From: Escherichia coli | GTDB taxonomy: Bacteria > Pseudomonadota > Gammaproteobacteria > Enterobacterales > Enterobacteriaceae | NCBI RefSeq assembly: GCF_003334315.1 | Contig: NZ_QOWR01000037.1 | Length of the DNA: 46,225 nucleotides | Strand: one strand, 5' to 3' | Shown: positions 26,010-45,242 of the stretch, piece by piece | Layout: each line of letters opens with the position of its first letter | How positions within the stretch are numbered: the first letter of the stretch is position 1 | The notes under the pieces: generated by a model | What the model saw: the letters and a program-made list of their open reading frames with translations, nothing else | The model's database searches: none | Told to the model about the DNA's origin: nothing | Position numbers and translations under genes: made by a program

Positions 26010-27152
26010 TTAGCGGTATTGCTTCAGCACCGCACGACCCAGCGTCAGGATCTGCATTTCGTCAGATCCCCCGGAGACGCGGTCTACACGCAGATCACGC
26101 CAGAAGCGGCTGATGCGGTGGTTGCCCGCAATCCCGACACCGCCCAGCACCTGCATTGCGCTATCCACCACTTCAAATGCCGCATTGGCGCAGAAGTATT
26201 TGCACATCGCTGCATCGCCAGAGGTGATGGTGCCGTTGTCTGCTTTCCACGCTGCTTCATACAGCATGTTTTTCATGGAGTTTAATTTGATCGCCATGTG
26301 GGCGAATTTTTCCTGAATCAACTGGAAACGACCAATAGCCTCGCCAAACTGCACGCGCTGGTTGGCGTAGCGCGCCGCATCTTCAAAGGCGCACATCGCC
26401 GTACCGTAGTTGGTGAGGGCTACCAGGAAACGTTCATGGTCGAACTCTTCTTTGACGCGGTTAAAGCCGTTACCTTCCCGACCGAACATGTCTTTCTCGT
26501 CCAGTTCCACGTCGTCAAAGGTGATTTCACAGCAGCTATCCATACGCAGACCGAGCTTTTCAAGTTTGGTCACTTTGATGCCCGGTTTGCTCATATCAAC
26601 AAACCATTCGGTGTAGACAGGTTTGTCCGGAGAAGCCCCGTCGCGCGCCATCACCACGATGTACGGGGTGTAGGCGCTGCTGGTAATAAAACACTTACTA
26701 CCATTAAGATAAATCTTACCATTTCTACGGGTATAAGTCGTTTTCAGGCTACCCACGTCGGAGCCCGCGCCCGGTTCGGTAATCGCTGAGTTCCACATCT
26801 GCTTACCGGTGCCGCGGAAAGCCATAATCTTGTCGATCTGCTCTTGTGTGCCTTCGCGCAGGAAGGTGTTGAACCCGCCCGGCAACTGGTACAGTACATA
26901 GGTTGGTGCCCCCAGACGTCCCAGCTCCATCCACACGGCGGCGAGAGTAACAAACCCCGCGTCCAGACCACCGTGCTCTTCAGGGATCAGCAGACTGTCG
27001 ATACCCATATCCGCCAGTGCTTTGACAAAACGTTCCGGGTAGACGCTGTCACGGTCGCACTCGGCAAAATAGGCCTCCCAGTTTTCGCTGGCCATCAGTT
27101 CGCGGATACCGGCGACAAACAGTTCCTGCTCATCATTTAAATTAAAATCCAT
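26010..27152 (-). CDS. caiA: Crotonobetainyl-CoA reductase (acyl-CoA dehydrogenase family), 380 aa
   Basis: Acyl-CoA dehydrogenase fold; N-terminus [20 protein letters not shown]. Confidence 0.96.
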
Positions 27153-27182
27153 CTTTCAACCTCTTGATATTTTGGGGGTTAA

Positions 27183-28700
<1,518 letters not shown>

Positions 28701-28947
28701 TTAATTCCACTGTGAAAACGAATATTTATTTTGCGTTCCCGTTTGTTTTATTTTTGTTAACATTTAATATAATTATTATTAACCTCGTGGACGCGTTAAT
28801 GGCTAACTCATAATGGGTATTCAATAAGCTGTATTCTGTGATTGGTATCACATTTTTGTTTCGGGTGAATAGAGGGCGTTTTTTCGTTAATTTTGATTAA
28901 TAATCAGTTTGTTATGCTCTATTGTGAGTAAAAAAATAACATCTGAC

Positions 28948-29074
28948 TTTCAATATTGGTGATCCATAAAACAATATTGAAAATTTCTTTTTGCTACGCC
29001 GTGTTTTCAATATTGGTGAGGAACTTAACAATATTGAAAGTTGGATTTATCTGCGTGTGACATTTTCAATATTG
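28948..29074. promoter_or_regulatory. CaiF-type activator sites: two inverted repeats (TTCAATATTG-N13-CAATATTGAA) plus a third half-site in the caiT/fixA divergent control region
   Basis: Read directly: 28948-28982 and 29006-29039 are near-identical inverted repeats with 13-bp spacers; half-site repeats at 29064-29074. CaiF is known to bind paired inverted repeats in this intergenic region. Confidence 0.6.
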
Positions 29075-29169
29075 GTGATTAAAGTTTTATTTCCAAATTA
29101 AAGGGCGTGATATCTGTAATTAACACCACCGATATGAACGACGTTTCCTTCATGATTTCTGGAGATGCA

Positions 29170-29940
29170 ATGAAGATTATTACTTGCTATAAGTGCGTGC
29201 CTGATGAACAGGATATTGCGGTCAATAATGCTGATGGTTCATTAGACTTCAGCAAAGCCGATGCCAAAATAAGCCAATACGATCTCAACGCTATTGAAGC
29301 GGCTTGCCAGCTAAAGCAACAGGCAGCAGAGGCGCAGGTGACAGCCTTAAGTGTGGGCGGTAAAGCCCTGACCAACGCCAAAGGGCGTAAAGATGTGTTA
29401 TCGCGCGGCCCGGATGAACTGATTGTGGTAATTGATGACCAGTTCGAGCAGGCACTGCCGCAACAAACGGCGAGCGCACTGGCTGCAGCCGCCCAGAAAG
29501 CAGGCTTTGATTTGATCCTCTGTGGCGATGGTTCTTCCGACCTTTATGCCCAGCAGGTTGGTTTGCTGGTAGGCGAAATCCTCAATATTCCGGCAGTTAA
29601 CGGCGTCAGCAAAATTATCTCCCTGACGGCAGATACCCTCACCGTTGAGCGCGAACTGGAAGATGAAACAGAAACGTTAAGCATTCCGCTGCCTGCGGTT
29701 GTTGCTGTTTCCACTGATATCAACTCCCCACAAATTCCTTCGATGAAAGCCATTCTCGGCGCGGCGAAAAAGCCAGTCCAGGTATGGTCGGCGGCGGATA
29801 TCGGTTTTAACGCAGAGGCAGCCTGGTCAGAACAACAGGTTGCCGCGCCGAAACAGCGCGAGCGTCAGCGCATCGTGATTGAAGGCGACGGCGAAGAACA
29901 GATCGCCGCATTTGCTGAAAATCTTCGCAAAGTCATTTAA
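29170..29940 (+). CDS. fixA: Electron-transfer flavoprotein beta-subunit homolog (256 aa)
   Basis: Start [16 protein letters not shown] (ETF beta family); the ORF-track upstream extension from 29107 is rejected. Confidence 0.93.
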   Translation: MKIITCYKCVPDEQDIAVNNADGSLDFSKADAKISQYDLNAIEAACQLKQQAAEAQVTALSVGGKALTNAKGRKDVLSRGPDELIVVIDDQFEQALPQQTASALAAAAQKAGFDLILCGDGSSDLYAQQVGLLVGEILNIPAVNGVSKIISLTADTLTVERELEDETETLSIPLPAVVAVSTDINSPQIPSMKAILGAAKKPVQVWSAADIGFNAEAAWSEQQVAAPKQRERQRIVIEGDGEEQIAAFAENLRKVI

Positions 29941-29954
29941 TTACAGGGGATGCT

Positions 29955-30896
29955 ATGAACACGTTTTCTCAAGTCTGGGTATTCAGCGATACCCCTTCTC
30001 GTCTGCCGGAACTGATGAACGGTGCGCAGGCTTTAGCTAATCAAATCAACACCTTTGTCCTCAATGATGCCGACGGCGTACAGGCAATCCAGCTCGGCGC
30101 TAATCATGTCTGGAAATTAAACGGCAAACCGGACGATCGGATGATCGAAGATTACGCCGGTGTCATGGCTGACACTATTCGCCAGCACGGCGCAGACGGC
30201 CTGGTGCTGCTGCCAAACACCCGTCGCGGCAAATTACTGGCGGCAAAACTGGGTTATCGCCTTAAAGCGGCGGTGTCTAACGATGCCAGCACCGTCAGCG
30301 TACAGGACGGTAAAGCGACAGTGAAACACATGGTTTACGGTGGTCTGGCGATTGGCGAAGAACGCATTGCCACGCCGTATGCGGTACTGACCATCAGCAG
30401 CGGCACGTTCGATGCGGCTCAGCCAGACGCGTCACGCACTGGCGAAACGCACACCGTGGAGTGGCAGGCTCCGGCTGTGGCGATTACCCGCACGGCAACC
30501 CAGGCGCGCCAGAGCAACAGCGTCGATCTCGACAAAGCCCGTCTGGTGGTCAGCGTCGGTCGCGGTATTGGCAGCAAAGAGAACATTGCGCTGGCAGAAC
30601 AGCTTTGCAAGGCGATAGGTGCGGAGTTGGCCTGTTCTCGTCCGGTGGCGGAAAACGAAAAATGGATGGAGCACGAACGCTATGTCGGTATCTCCAACCT
30701 GATGCTGAAACCTGAACTGTACCTGGCGGTGGGGATCTCCGGGCAGATCCAGCACATGGTTGGTGCTAATGCATCGCAAACCATTTTCGCCATCAATAAA
30801 GATAAAAATGCGCCGATCTTCCAGTACGCGGATTACGGCATTGTTGGTGACGCCGTGAAGATCCTTCCGGCGCTGACCGCAGCTTTAGCGCGTTGA
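29955..30896 (+). CDS. fixB: Electron-transfer flavoprotein alpha-subunit homolog (313 aa)
   Basis: ETF-alpha FAD-binding C-terminal region ([17 protein letters not shown]). Confidence 0.95.
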   Translation: MNTFSQVWVFSDTPSRLPELMNGAQALANQINTFVLNDADGVQAIQLGANHVWKLNGKPDDRMIEDYAGVMADTIRQHGADGLVLLPNTRRGKLLAAKLGYRLKAAVSNDASTVSVQDGKATVKHMVYGGLAIGEERIATPYAVLTISSGTFDAAQPDASRTGETHTVEWQAPAVAITRTATQARQSNSVDLDKARLVVSVGRGIGSKENIALAEQLCKAIGAELACSRPVAENEKWMEHERYVGISNLMLKPELYLAVGISGQIQHMVGANASQTIFAINKDKNAPIFQYADYGIVGDAVKILPALTAALAR

Positions 30897-30946
30897 TCCA
30901 CTCTGGCAGGGCTGCATTTTGGCCCTGCCGCTGACAGGGAGCTCTT

Positions 30947-32233
30947 ATGTCCGAAGATATCTTTGACGCCATCATCGTCGGTGCTGGGCTTGCCGGTTCG
31001 GTTGCCGCACTGGTGCTCGCCCGCGAAGGGGCGCAAGTGTTAGTTATCGAGCGTGGCAATTCCGCAGGTGCCAAGAACGTCACCGGCGGGCGTCTCTATG
31101 CCCACAGCCTGGAACACATTATTCCTGGTTTCGCCGACTCCGCCCCCGTAGAACGCCTGATCACCCATGAAAAACTCGCGTTTATGACGGAAAAGTCAGC
31201 GATGACTATGGACTACTGCAATGGTGACGAAACCTCGCCATCCCAGCGTTCTTACTCCGTTTTGCGCAGTAAATTTGATGCCTGGCTGATGGAGCAGGCC
31301 GAAGAAGCGGGCGCGCAGTTAATTACCGGGATCCGCGTCGATAACCTCGTACAGCGCGATGGCAAAGTCGTCGGTGTAGAAGCCGATGGCGATGTGATTG
31401 AAGCGAAAACGGTGATCCTTGCTGATGGAGTGAACTCCATCCTTGCCGAAAAGCTGGGGATGGCAAAACGCGTTAAACCGACGGATGTGGCGGTTGGCGT
31501 GAAGGAACTGATCGAGTTACCGAAGTCGGTAATCGAAGACCGTTTTCAGTTGCAGGGTAATCAGGGCGCGGCTTGTCTGTTTGCGGGATCACCCACCGAT
31601 GGCCTGATGGGCGGCGGCTTCCTTTATACCAATGAAAATACCCTGTCGCTGGGGCTGGTTTGTGGTCTGCATCATCTGCATGACGCAAAAAAATCGGTGC
31701 CGCAAATGCTGGAAGATTTCAAACAACATCCGGCCGTTGCACCGCTGATCGCGGGTGGCAAGCTGGTGGAATATTCCGCTCACGTAGTGCCGGAAGCAGG
31801 CATCAACATGCTGCCGGAGTTGGTTGGTGACGGCGTATTGATTGCCGGTGATGCCGCCGGAATGTGTATGAACCTCGGTTTTACCATTCGCGGTATGGAT
31901 CTGGCGATTGCCGCCGGGGAAGCCGCAGCAAAAACCGTGCTTTCAGCGATGAAAAGCGACGATTTCAGTAAGCAAAAACTGGCGGAATATCGTCAGCATC
32001 TTGAGAGTGGCCCGCTGCGCGATATGCGTATGTACCAGAAACTACCGGCCTTCCTTGATAACCCACGCATGTTTAGCGGCTACCCGGAACTGGCGGTGGG
32101 CGTGGCGCGTGACCTGTTCACCATTGACGGCAGTGCGCCGGAACTGATGCGCAAGAAAATCCTCCGCCACGGCAAGAAAGTGGGCTTCATCAATCTGATC
32201 AAGGATGGCATGAAAGGAGTGACCGTTTTATGA
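30947..32233 (+). CDS. fixC: FAD-dependent oxidoreductase (ETF-quinone oxidoreductase-like), 428 aa
   Basis: N-terminal FAD motif DAIIVGAGLAGSVAALVLAREG. Confidence 0.95.
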   Translation: MSEDIFDAIIVGAGLAGSVAALVLAREGAQVLVIERGNSAGAKNVTGGRLYAHSLEHIIPGFADSAPVERLITHEKLAFMTEKSAMTMDYCNGDETSPSQRSYSVLRSKFDAWLMEQAEEAGAQLITGIRVDNLVQRDGKVVGVEADGDVIEAKTVILADGVNSILAEKLGMAKRVKPTDVAVGVKELIELPKSVIEDRFQLQGNQGAACLFAGSPTDGLMGGGFLYTNENTLSLGLVCGLHHLHDAKKSVPQMLEDFKQHPAVAPLIAGGKLVEYSAHVVPEAGINMLPELVGDGVLIAGDAAGMCMNLGFTIRGMDLAIAAGEAAAKTVLSAMKSDDFSKQKLAEYRQHLESGPLRDMRMYQKLPAFLDNPRMFSGYPELAVGVARDLFTIDGSAPELMRKKILRHGKKVGFINLIKDGMKGVTVL

Positions 32234-32517
32234 CTTCTCCCGTCAATGTGGACGTCAAACTGGGCGTCAATAAATTCAATGTCGATGAAGAGCATCCGCA
32301 CATTGTTGTGAAGGCCGATGCCGATAAACAGGCGCTGGAGCTGCTGGTGAAAGCGTGCCCCGCAGGTCTGTACAAGAAGCAGGATGACGGCAGTGTGCGC
32401 TTCGATTACGCCGGATGTCTGGAGTGCGGCACCTGTCGCATTCTGGGGCTGGGGTCGGCGCTGGAACAGTGGGAATACCCGCGCGGCACCTTTGGTGTGG
32501 AGTTCCGTTACGGCTGA
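32230..32517 (+). CDS. fixX: Ferredoxin-like protein (95 aa)
   Basis: ATGA overlap with the fixC stop; cysteine motif CPAGLY...CLECGTC. Confidence 0.93.
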   Translation: MTSPVNVDVKLGVNKFNVDEEHPHIVVKADADKQALELLVKACPAGLYKKQDDGSVRFDYAGCLECGTCRILGLGSALEQWEYPRGTFGVEFRYG

Positions 32518-32575
32518 TGTTGGTTTGATACGTAACGCCGTACTGACTCTCATTGCAAAAAAACAGGAATAACCC

Positions 32576-33907
32576 ATGCAACCGTCCAGAAACTTTGACG
32601 ATCTCAAATTCTCCTCAATTCACCGCCGCATTTTGCTGTGGGGAAGCGGTGGTCCGTTTCTGGATGGTTATGTACTGGTAATGATTGGCGTGGCGCTGGA
32701 GCAACTGACTCCGGCGCTAAAACTGGACGCTGACTGGATTGGCTTGTTGGGCGCGGGAACGCTCGCCGGGCTGTTCGTTGGCACATCGCTGTTTGGCTAT
32801 ATTTCCGATAAAGTCGGACGGCGCAAAATGTTCCTCATTGATATCATCGCCATCGGCGTGATATCGGTGGCGACGATGTTTGTTTCATCCCCCGTCGAAC
32901 TGTTGGTGATGCGGGTACTTATCGGCATTGTCATCGGTGCAGATTATCCCATCGCCACCTCAATGATCACCGAGTTCTCCAGTACCCGTCAGCGGGCGTT
33001 TTCCATCAGCTTTATCGCCGCCATGTGGTATGTCGGCGCGACCTGCGCCGATCTGGTCGGCTACTGGCTTTATGATGTGGAAGGCGGCTGGCGCTGGATG
33101 CTGGGTAGCGCGGCGATCCCCTGTTTGTTGATTTTGATTGGTCGATTCGAACTGCCTGAATCTCCCCGCTGGTTATTACGCAAAGGGCGAGTAAAAGAGT
33201 GCGAAGAGATGATGATAAAACTGTTTGGCGAACCGGTGGCTTTCGATGAAGAGCAGCCGCAGCAAACCCGTTTTCGCGATCTGTTTAATCGCCGCCATTT
33301 TCCTTTTGTTCTGTTTGTTGCCGCCATCTGGACCTGCCAGGTGATCCCAATGTTCGCCATTTACACCTTTGGCCCGCAAATCGTTGGTTTGTTGGGATTG
33401 GGTGTTGGCAAAAACGCGGCGCTGGGGAACGTGGTGATTAGCCTGTTCTTTATGCTCGGCTGTATTCCGCCGATGCTGTGGTTAAACACTGCCGGACGGC
33501 GTCCATTGTTGATTGGCAGCTTTGCCATGATGACGCTGGCGCTGGCGGTTTTGGGGCTGATCCCGGATATGGGGATCTGGCTGGTAGTGATGGCCTTTGC
33601 GGTGTATGCCTTTTTCTCTGGCGGGCCGGGTAATTTGCAGTGGCTCTATCCTAATGAACTCTTCCCGACAGATATCCGCGCCTCTGCCGTGGGCGTGATT
33701 ATGTCCTTAAGCCGTATTGGCACCATTGTTTCGACCTGGGCACTGCCGATCTTTATCAATAATTACGGTATCAGTAACACGATGCTAATGGGGGCGGGTA
33801 TCTCGCTGTTTGGCTTGTTGATTTCCGTAGCGTTTGCCCCGGAGACTCGAGGGATGTCACTGGCGCAAACCAGCAATATGACGATCCGCGGGCAGAGAAT
33901 GGGGTAA
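32576..33907 (+). CDS. yaaU: Major facilitator superfamily transporter (443 aa)
   Basis: 12-TM MFS-type protein with sugar-transporter-like motifs (GRRKMFLID, PESPRWLL). Confidence 0.9.
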   Translation: MQPSRNFDDLKFSSIHRRILLWGSGGPFLDGYVLVMIGVALEQLTPALKLDADWIGLLGAGTLAGLFVGTSLFGYISDKVGRRKMFLIDIIAIGVISVATMFVSSPVELLVMRVLIGIVIGADYPIATSMITEFSSTRQRAFSISFIAAMWYVGATCADLVGYWLYDVEGGWRWMLGSAAIPCLLILIGRFELPESPRWLLRKGRVKECEEMMIKLFGEPVAFDEEQPQQTRFRDLFNRRHFPFVLFVAAIWTCQVIPMFAIYTFGPQIVGLLGLGVGKNAALGNVVISLFFMLGCIPPMLWLNTAGRRPLLIGSFAMMTLALAVLGLIPDMGIWLVVMAFAVYAFFSGGPGNLQWLYPNELFPTDIRASAVGVIMSLSRIGTIVSTWALPIFINNYGISNTMLMGAGISLFGLLISVAFAPETRGMSLAQTSNMTIRGQRMG

Positions 33908-34014
33908 ATTGTTCAGATTTCTCTCTTTTCTGAATCAATATTATTGACTATAAGCCGCGTGAATATATGACTACACTTTGTGGGAAAACAAAGGCGTAAT
34001 CACGCGGGCTACCT

Positions 34015-34537
34015 ATGATTCTTATAATTTATGCGCATCCGTATCCGCATCATTCCCATGCGAATAAACGGATGCTTGAACAGGCAAGGACGCTGGAAGG
34101 CGTCGAAATTCGCTCTCTTTATCAACTCTATCCTGACTTCAATATCGATATTGCCGCCGAGCAGGAGGCGCTGTCTCGCGCCGATCTGATCGTCTGGCAG
34201 CACCCGATGCAGTGGTACAGCATTCCTCCGCTCCTCAAACTTTGGATCGATAAAGTTTTCTCCCACGGCTGGGCTTACGGTCATGGCGGCACGGCGCTGC
34301 ATGGCAAACATTTGCTGTGGGCGGTGACGACCGGCGGCGGGGAAAGCCATTTTGAAATTGGTGCGCATCCGGGCTTTGATGTGCTGTCGCAGCCGCTACA
34401 GGCGACGGCAATCTACTGCGGGCTGAACTGGCTGCCACCGTTTGCCATGCACTGCACCTTTATTTGTGACGACGAAACCCTCGAAGGGCAGGCGCGTCAC
34501 TATAAGCAACGTCTGCTGGAATGGCAGGAGGCCCATC

Positions 34538-34545
<8 letters not shown>
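34015..34545 (+). CDS. kefF: KefC ancillary protein / NAD(P)H quinone oxidoreductase (176 aa)
   Basis: Flavodoxin-like [18 protein letters not shown]; its 3' end overlaps the kefC start. Confidence 0.94.
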
Positions 34546-37071
<2,526 letters not shown>

Positions 37072-37094
37072 TTTTGTATAGAATTTACGGCTAG

Positions 37095-37130
37095 TGCCGG
37101 ATGCGACGCCGGTCGCGTCTTATCCGGCCT
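37095..37130. repeat. REP element between folA and apaH
   Basis: TGCCGGATGCGACGCCGGTCGCGTCTTATCCGGCC palindromic unit. Confidence 0.7.
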
Positions 37131-37148
37131 TCCTGTATCAGGCTGTGT

Positions 37149-37991
37149 TTAAGACGCCGCCGCTTCGCCCAAATCCTTATGCCGGTTCGACGGCTGGACA
37201 AAATACTGTTTATCTTCCCAGCGCAGGCAGGTTAATGTACCACCCCAGCAGCAGCCGGTATCCAGCGCGTAAATACCTTCCGGCGTACCTTTGCCTTCCA
37301 GCGATGCCCAGTGACCAAAGGCGATGCTGTATTCTTCAGCGACAGGGCCAGGAATGGCAAACCACGGTTTCAGTGGGGCAGGGGCCTCTTCCGGCGATTC
37401 TTTGCTGTACATATCCAGTTGACCGTTCGGGAAGCAAAAACGCATACGGGTAAAGGCGTTGGTGATAAAACGCAGTCTTCCCAGCCCCCGCAATTCCGGT
37501 GACCAGTTATTTGGCATATCGCCGTACATGGCATCAAGAAAGAAGGGATAGGAGTCACTCGATAGCACCGCTTCTACATCGCGTGCGCACTCTTTGGCGG
37601 TCTGCAGATCCCACTGCGGCGTGATCCCTGCGTGGGCCATCACCAGCTTTTTCTCTTCGTCGATTTGCAGCAGAGGCTGGCGCCGCAGCCAGTTAAGCAG
37701 CTCGTCGGCATCCGGCGCTTCCAGCAGCGGTGTCAGGCGATCTTTCGGTTTATTGCGGCTGATCCCGGCAAATACCGCCAGCAGATGCAGATCGTGATTG
37801 CCCAGCACCAGACGTACGCTGTCGCCTAAGGATTTCACATAGCGCAGAACATCCAGCGAACCCGGCCCGCGCGCGACCAGATCGCCCGTCAGCCAGAGGG
37901 TATCTTTCCCAGGGGTAAATTCTACTTTATGCAGCAATGCGATCAGTTCATCGTAACAACCATGAACGTCGCCAATAAGGTATGTCGCCAT
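37149..37991 (-). CDS. apaH: Bis(5'-nucleosyl)-tetraphosphatase, symmetrical (280 aa)
   Basis: Metallophosphatase motifs GDVHGC...GDLVARG...GNHD. Confidence 0.96.
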
Positions 37992-37997
37992 ATTCTT

Positions 37998-38375
37998 TTA
38001 ATGAATGAGTGTGGGAACGGCGAGTCGGAATACGGGAATGTCGATGCTGAAAGGGACGCCATTTTCATCGATCATTTCGTAGTGACCCTGCATGGTGCCC
38101 AGCGGGGTTTCAATGATTGCACCGCTGGTGTACTGGTACTCTTCGCCAGGCGCGATAAGTGGCTGGACGCCAACCACTCCTTCGCCCTGGACTTCGGTTT
38201 CACGGCCATTGCCATTGGTGATCAGCCAGTAACGCCCCAACAACTGCACTGGCGCTCGCCCCAGATTGCGTATGGTTACGGTATAAGCAAAAACGTAACG
38301 TTCATTATCAGGTGAAGATTGAGCCTCAATGTAGACGCTTTGAACCTGAATACACACTCGGGGCGAATTGATCAT
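37998..38375 (-). CDS. apaG: ApaG (DUF525) protein, 125 aa
   Basis: Start [37 protein letters not shown]; the ORF-track 5' extension to 38429 would overlap rsmA and is rejected. Confidence 0.92.
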   Translation of the reverse strand: MINSPRVCIQVQSVYIEAQSSPDNERYVFAYTVTIRNLGRAPVQLLGRYWLITNGNGRETEVQGEGVVGVQPLIAPGEEYQYTSGAIIETPLGTMQGHYEMIDENGVPFSIDIPVFRLAVPTLIH

Positions 38376-38377
38376 CG

Positions 38378-41471
<3,094 letters not shown>

Positions 41472-41523
41472 ACTTTTTCCATTTCAATTAACCGCACTGC
41501 GGATTACGTGGTAAATCAACAAA

Positions 41524-43878
41524 TCACAAAGTGTTTTGATACGGCAGAATGTTCGAACGCAGCATCTCTTGCGTACCCAGACCGTAGTTGGAGCTCAGGC
41601 CGCGAAGTTCGATGTTAAAGCCGATTGCGTTGTCATATACCGCATGTTGTTTATCGTTATCCCAACCGTTCAGCTTCCGCTCGTAACCGACGCGAATTGC
41701 ATAGCAGCAGGAGCTGTATTGCACACCTAACATAGAGTCGGCTTGCTTGTTCGCATTGGTGTCGTAGTAGTAGGCCCCAACAATGGACCAACGATCGGCA
41801 ATTGGCCAGCTGGCGACAGCACCTACCTGCGAAATACCATTCTTATATTGCTCAGCAGTGGAATAGTACTTAGGCAGCGTAGCCTGAATATATTCCGGGC
41901 TGGCGTAACGGTAATTCAGCTGTACCAGACGGTCTTCATCCCGACGGTATTCAATGCTGGAGTTACTGGTCGCTACGTTATCCAGACGTGTATCGTACTG
42001 AATCCCGCCACGCAATCCCCAACGCTCGGAGATACGCCAGTAAGTATCGCCTGCCCACACCAGTGAACCCGTTTTGTCGTCATTCTCCCATGTTATGTTG
42101 TCATCGCCAGTGCGAGACTCCGTGAAATAGTAGATTTGACCAACGGAAATATTAAAACGTTCAACGGCAGCATCATCATATATGCGAGATGTGACACCGG
42201 TCGTCACCTGGTTAGCGGAGGCAATACGGTCAAGACCGCCGTAAGTCCGGTCCCGGAACAGGCCAGAGTAGTCAGATTGCAGCAGAGACGAGTCGTAGTT
42301 ATAGATGTCGCTCTGATCGCGATACGGCACGTACAAATACTGCGCGCGCGGTTCCAGCGTTTGGGTATAACCCGGAGCCAGCATTTCCATATCGCGTTCA
42401 AAGACCATTTTGCCGTCAACTTTGAATTGCGGCATTACGCGGTTAACGGATTCGTCCAGCTTGGTCGTGTTTCTGGAGTTATACCAGTCAAGATTGGTTT
42501 GCTGATAATGGGTTGCCAGCAACTTCGCTTCGGTATTGATGCTGCCCCAGTTATTAGAGAGCGGCAAATTGATGGTCGGTTCCAGGTGAACACGGGTTGC
42601 TTCAGGCATGTCGTCTCTGGTGTTAACAAAGTGCACTGCCTGGCCGTAAATACGCGTATCAAACGGACCAACATCATTCTGGTAGTAATTAACGTCTAAC
42701 TGCGGCTCTGCCGAGTAGCTACTGGTGTTCTGTTCGCTGAAAACCTGGAACTGCTTGGTTGAAACGGTGGCATTGAAGTTTTGCACCGCATAGCCAACGC
42801 TGAATTTTTGCGTTGCGTAGCCGTCAGTACTGGAACCGTACTTGTTATCGAAATCATTGAAGTAGCTAGGATCGCTGACCTTGGTGTAGTCGACGTTGAA
42901 ACGCCACACCTGATCCATGACCCCGGAGTGGTTCCAGTAGAATAACCAACGACGTGAACTGTCATCGTTCGGGTGTTCATCTTCATAGACTTTATCTGAA
43001 GGCAGATAGTCCAGTTCCATCAAGCCAGCGCCCGCCTGGGAGAGGTAGCGGAATTCGTTCTCCCACATGATGTTGCCACGACGATGCATATAATGCGGCG
43101 TGATGGTGGCATCCATATTTGGCGCGATGTTCCAGTAATATGGCAGGTAGAACTCAAAGTAGTTGGTGGTGGTGTACTTGGCGTTCGGGATCAAGAAACC
43201 AGAGCGACGTTTGTCACCCACCGGCAACTGCAAATAGGGGCTATAAAAGATCGGTACCGGACCCACCTTAAAGCGGGCGTTCCAGATCTCCGCAACTTGT
43301 TCTTCGCGGTCATGAATAATTTCGCTACCTACCACGCTCCAGGTGTCAGAACCCGGCAGACAGGAGGTAAAGCTACCGTTATCCAGAATGGTATAGCGGT
43401 TTTCGCCACGTTGTTTCATCAGGTCCGCTTTACCGCGACCCTGGCGACCCACCATCTGGTAATCACCTTCCCAGACGTTGGTATCTTTGGTGTTCAGATT
43501 CGCCCAGCCTTTCGGCCCTTTGAGGATCACCTGGTTATCGTCGTAATGGACATTACCGAGCGCATCAACGGTTCGTACCGGCTCCGGTTGTCCTGGTGCC
43601 TCTTTTTGATGGAGCTGCACTTCGTCGGCCTGCAGACGGCTGTTACCCTGCATGATATCCACGCTGCCAGTAAACACGGCGTCATCCGGGTAGTCCCCTT
43701 TCGCGTGGTCAGCATTGATAGTCACGGGTAAGTCATTGGTATCGCCCTGTACCAGAGGACGGTCATAGCTTGGCACGCCCAACATGCACTGTGAGGCGAG
43801 GTCGGCTGCCAGTCCCTGTTGACTATAAAGGGCGGTGGCAATCATGGTGGCCAGGAGAGTGGGGATACGTTTTTTCAT
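41524..43878 (-). CDS. lptD: LPS-assembly outer-membrane protein LptD (Imp/OstA), 784 aa
   Basis: Signal peptide [24 protein letters not shown]; large beta-barrel protein upstream of surA in the conserved operon. Confidence 0.96.
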
Positions 43879-44132
43879 ACGTTGATTTTATTGTTCCATC
43901 ATCGGTAACGTTGCGCGTGACAAACGGTCAGAGACTAACGTACTCGTCATCTCTACGCTAGTGTTAATCCTGTCCGAATAGCGTCAGTGGTGTTAGGCAC
44001 GGCATTGAATGACAGGTATGATAATGCAAATTATAGGCGATGTCCCACAATTGACCGCAGCCGGAAAACGGTAAAAGCACCTTTATATTGTGGGAGATAG
44101 CCCTGATATCCGTGTGTCGATTTGGGGAATAT

Positions 44133-44948
44133 ATGCAGTATTGGGGAAAAATCATTGGCGTGGCCGTGGCCTTACTGATGGGCGGCGGCTTTTGGGGCGT
44201 AGTGTTAGGCCTGTTAATTGGCCATATGTTTGATAAAGCCCGTAGCCGTAAAATGGCGTGGTTCGCCAACCAGCGTGAGCGTCAGGCGCTGTTTTTTGCC
44301 ACCACTTTTGAAGTGATGGGGCATTTAACCAAATCCAAAGGTCGCGTCACGGAGGCTGATATTCATATCGCCAGCCAGTTGATGGACCGAATGAATCTTC
44401 ATGGCGCTTCCCGTACTGCGGCGCAAAATGCGTTCCGGGTGGGAAAATCAGACAATTACCCGCTGCGCGAAAAGATGCGCCAGTTTCGCAGTGTCTGCTT
44501 TGGTCGTTTTGACTTAATTCGTATGTTTCTGGAGATCCAGATTCAGGCGGCGTTTGCTGATGGTTCACTGCACCCGAATGAACGGGCGGTGCTGTATGTC
44601 ATTGCTGAAGAATTAGGGATCTCCCGCGCCCAGTTTGACCAGTTTTTGCGCATGATGCAGGGCGGTGCACAGTTTGGCGGCGGTTATCAGCAGCAATCTG
44701 GCGGTGGTAACTGGCAGCAAGCGCAGCGTGGCCCGACGCTGGAAGATGCCTGTAATGTGCTGGGCGTGAAGCCGACGGATGATGCGACCACCATCAAACG
44801 TGCCTACCGTAAGCTGATGAGTGAACACCATCCCGATAAGCTGGTGGCGAAAGGTTTGCCGCCTGAGATGATGGAGATGGCGAAGCAGAAAGCGCAGGAA
44901 ATTCAGCAGGCATATGAGCTGATAAAGCAGCAGAAAGGGTTTAAATGA
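44133..44948 (+). CDS. djlA: DnaJ-like co-chaperone, membrane-anchored, DjlA (271 aa)
   Basis: N-terminal TM segment [30 protein letters not shown] and C-terminal J-domain with HPD ([17 protein letters not shown]). Confidence 0.94.
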   Translation: MQYWGKIIGVAVALLMGGGFWGVVLGLLIGHMFDKARSRKMAWFANQRERQALFFATTFEVMGHLTKSKGRVTEADIHIASQLMDRMNLHGASRTAAQNAFRVGKSDNYPLREKMRQFRSVCFGRFDLIRMFLEIQIQAAFADGSLHPNERAVLYVIAEELGISRAQFDQFLRMMQGGAQFGGGYQQQSGGGNWQQAQRGPTLEDACNVLGVKPTDDATTIKRAYRKLMSEHHPDKLVAKGLPPEMMEMAKQKAQEIQQAYELIKQQKGFK

Positions 44949-45242
44949 CCCTGTAAATGATGCTGAGTAACTGCCCACGATTAAAGGTGGCCGCCCTGGC
45001 GGTCACTTCTTTGAGAAAAGGCGTTTACTCAGAATGGTGGACAGGCTCAATGCACGGTTTACGGGAGGGGTTCTGTAGGTTTTATCGCGTTGACCCTGCT
45101 TAAGGTTGAGAGCTTTACGACGAGCGGAATTATATTTTTACGTCTTAAAAATAAAAAACACATACCTGAATGAGCGATTTTTGAAAGTATATTTATTCAG
45201 AACGCGCATCATGAGTTTTTAACTCAATGCGAGGCTATTACC

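Noticed and set aside
28940-29080. Possible CRISPR-like array (short repeats with spacers) in the cai/fix intergenic region
   Set aside because: Only three copies, repeats are arranged as inverted pairs with 13-bp spacers typical of a transcription-factor site, and no cas genes or leader are present.
44949-45242. Inverted repeat CTGAAT...ATTCAG upstream of the yabP-like gene as a possible operator (e.g. LexA-like)
   Set aside because: Spacing (about 21-29 bp) does not fit the LexA CTG-N10-CAG or other consensus I know; only 6 bp of symmetry in AT-rich DNA, likely chance.
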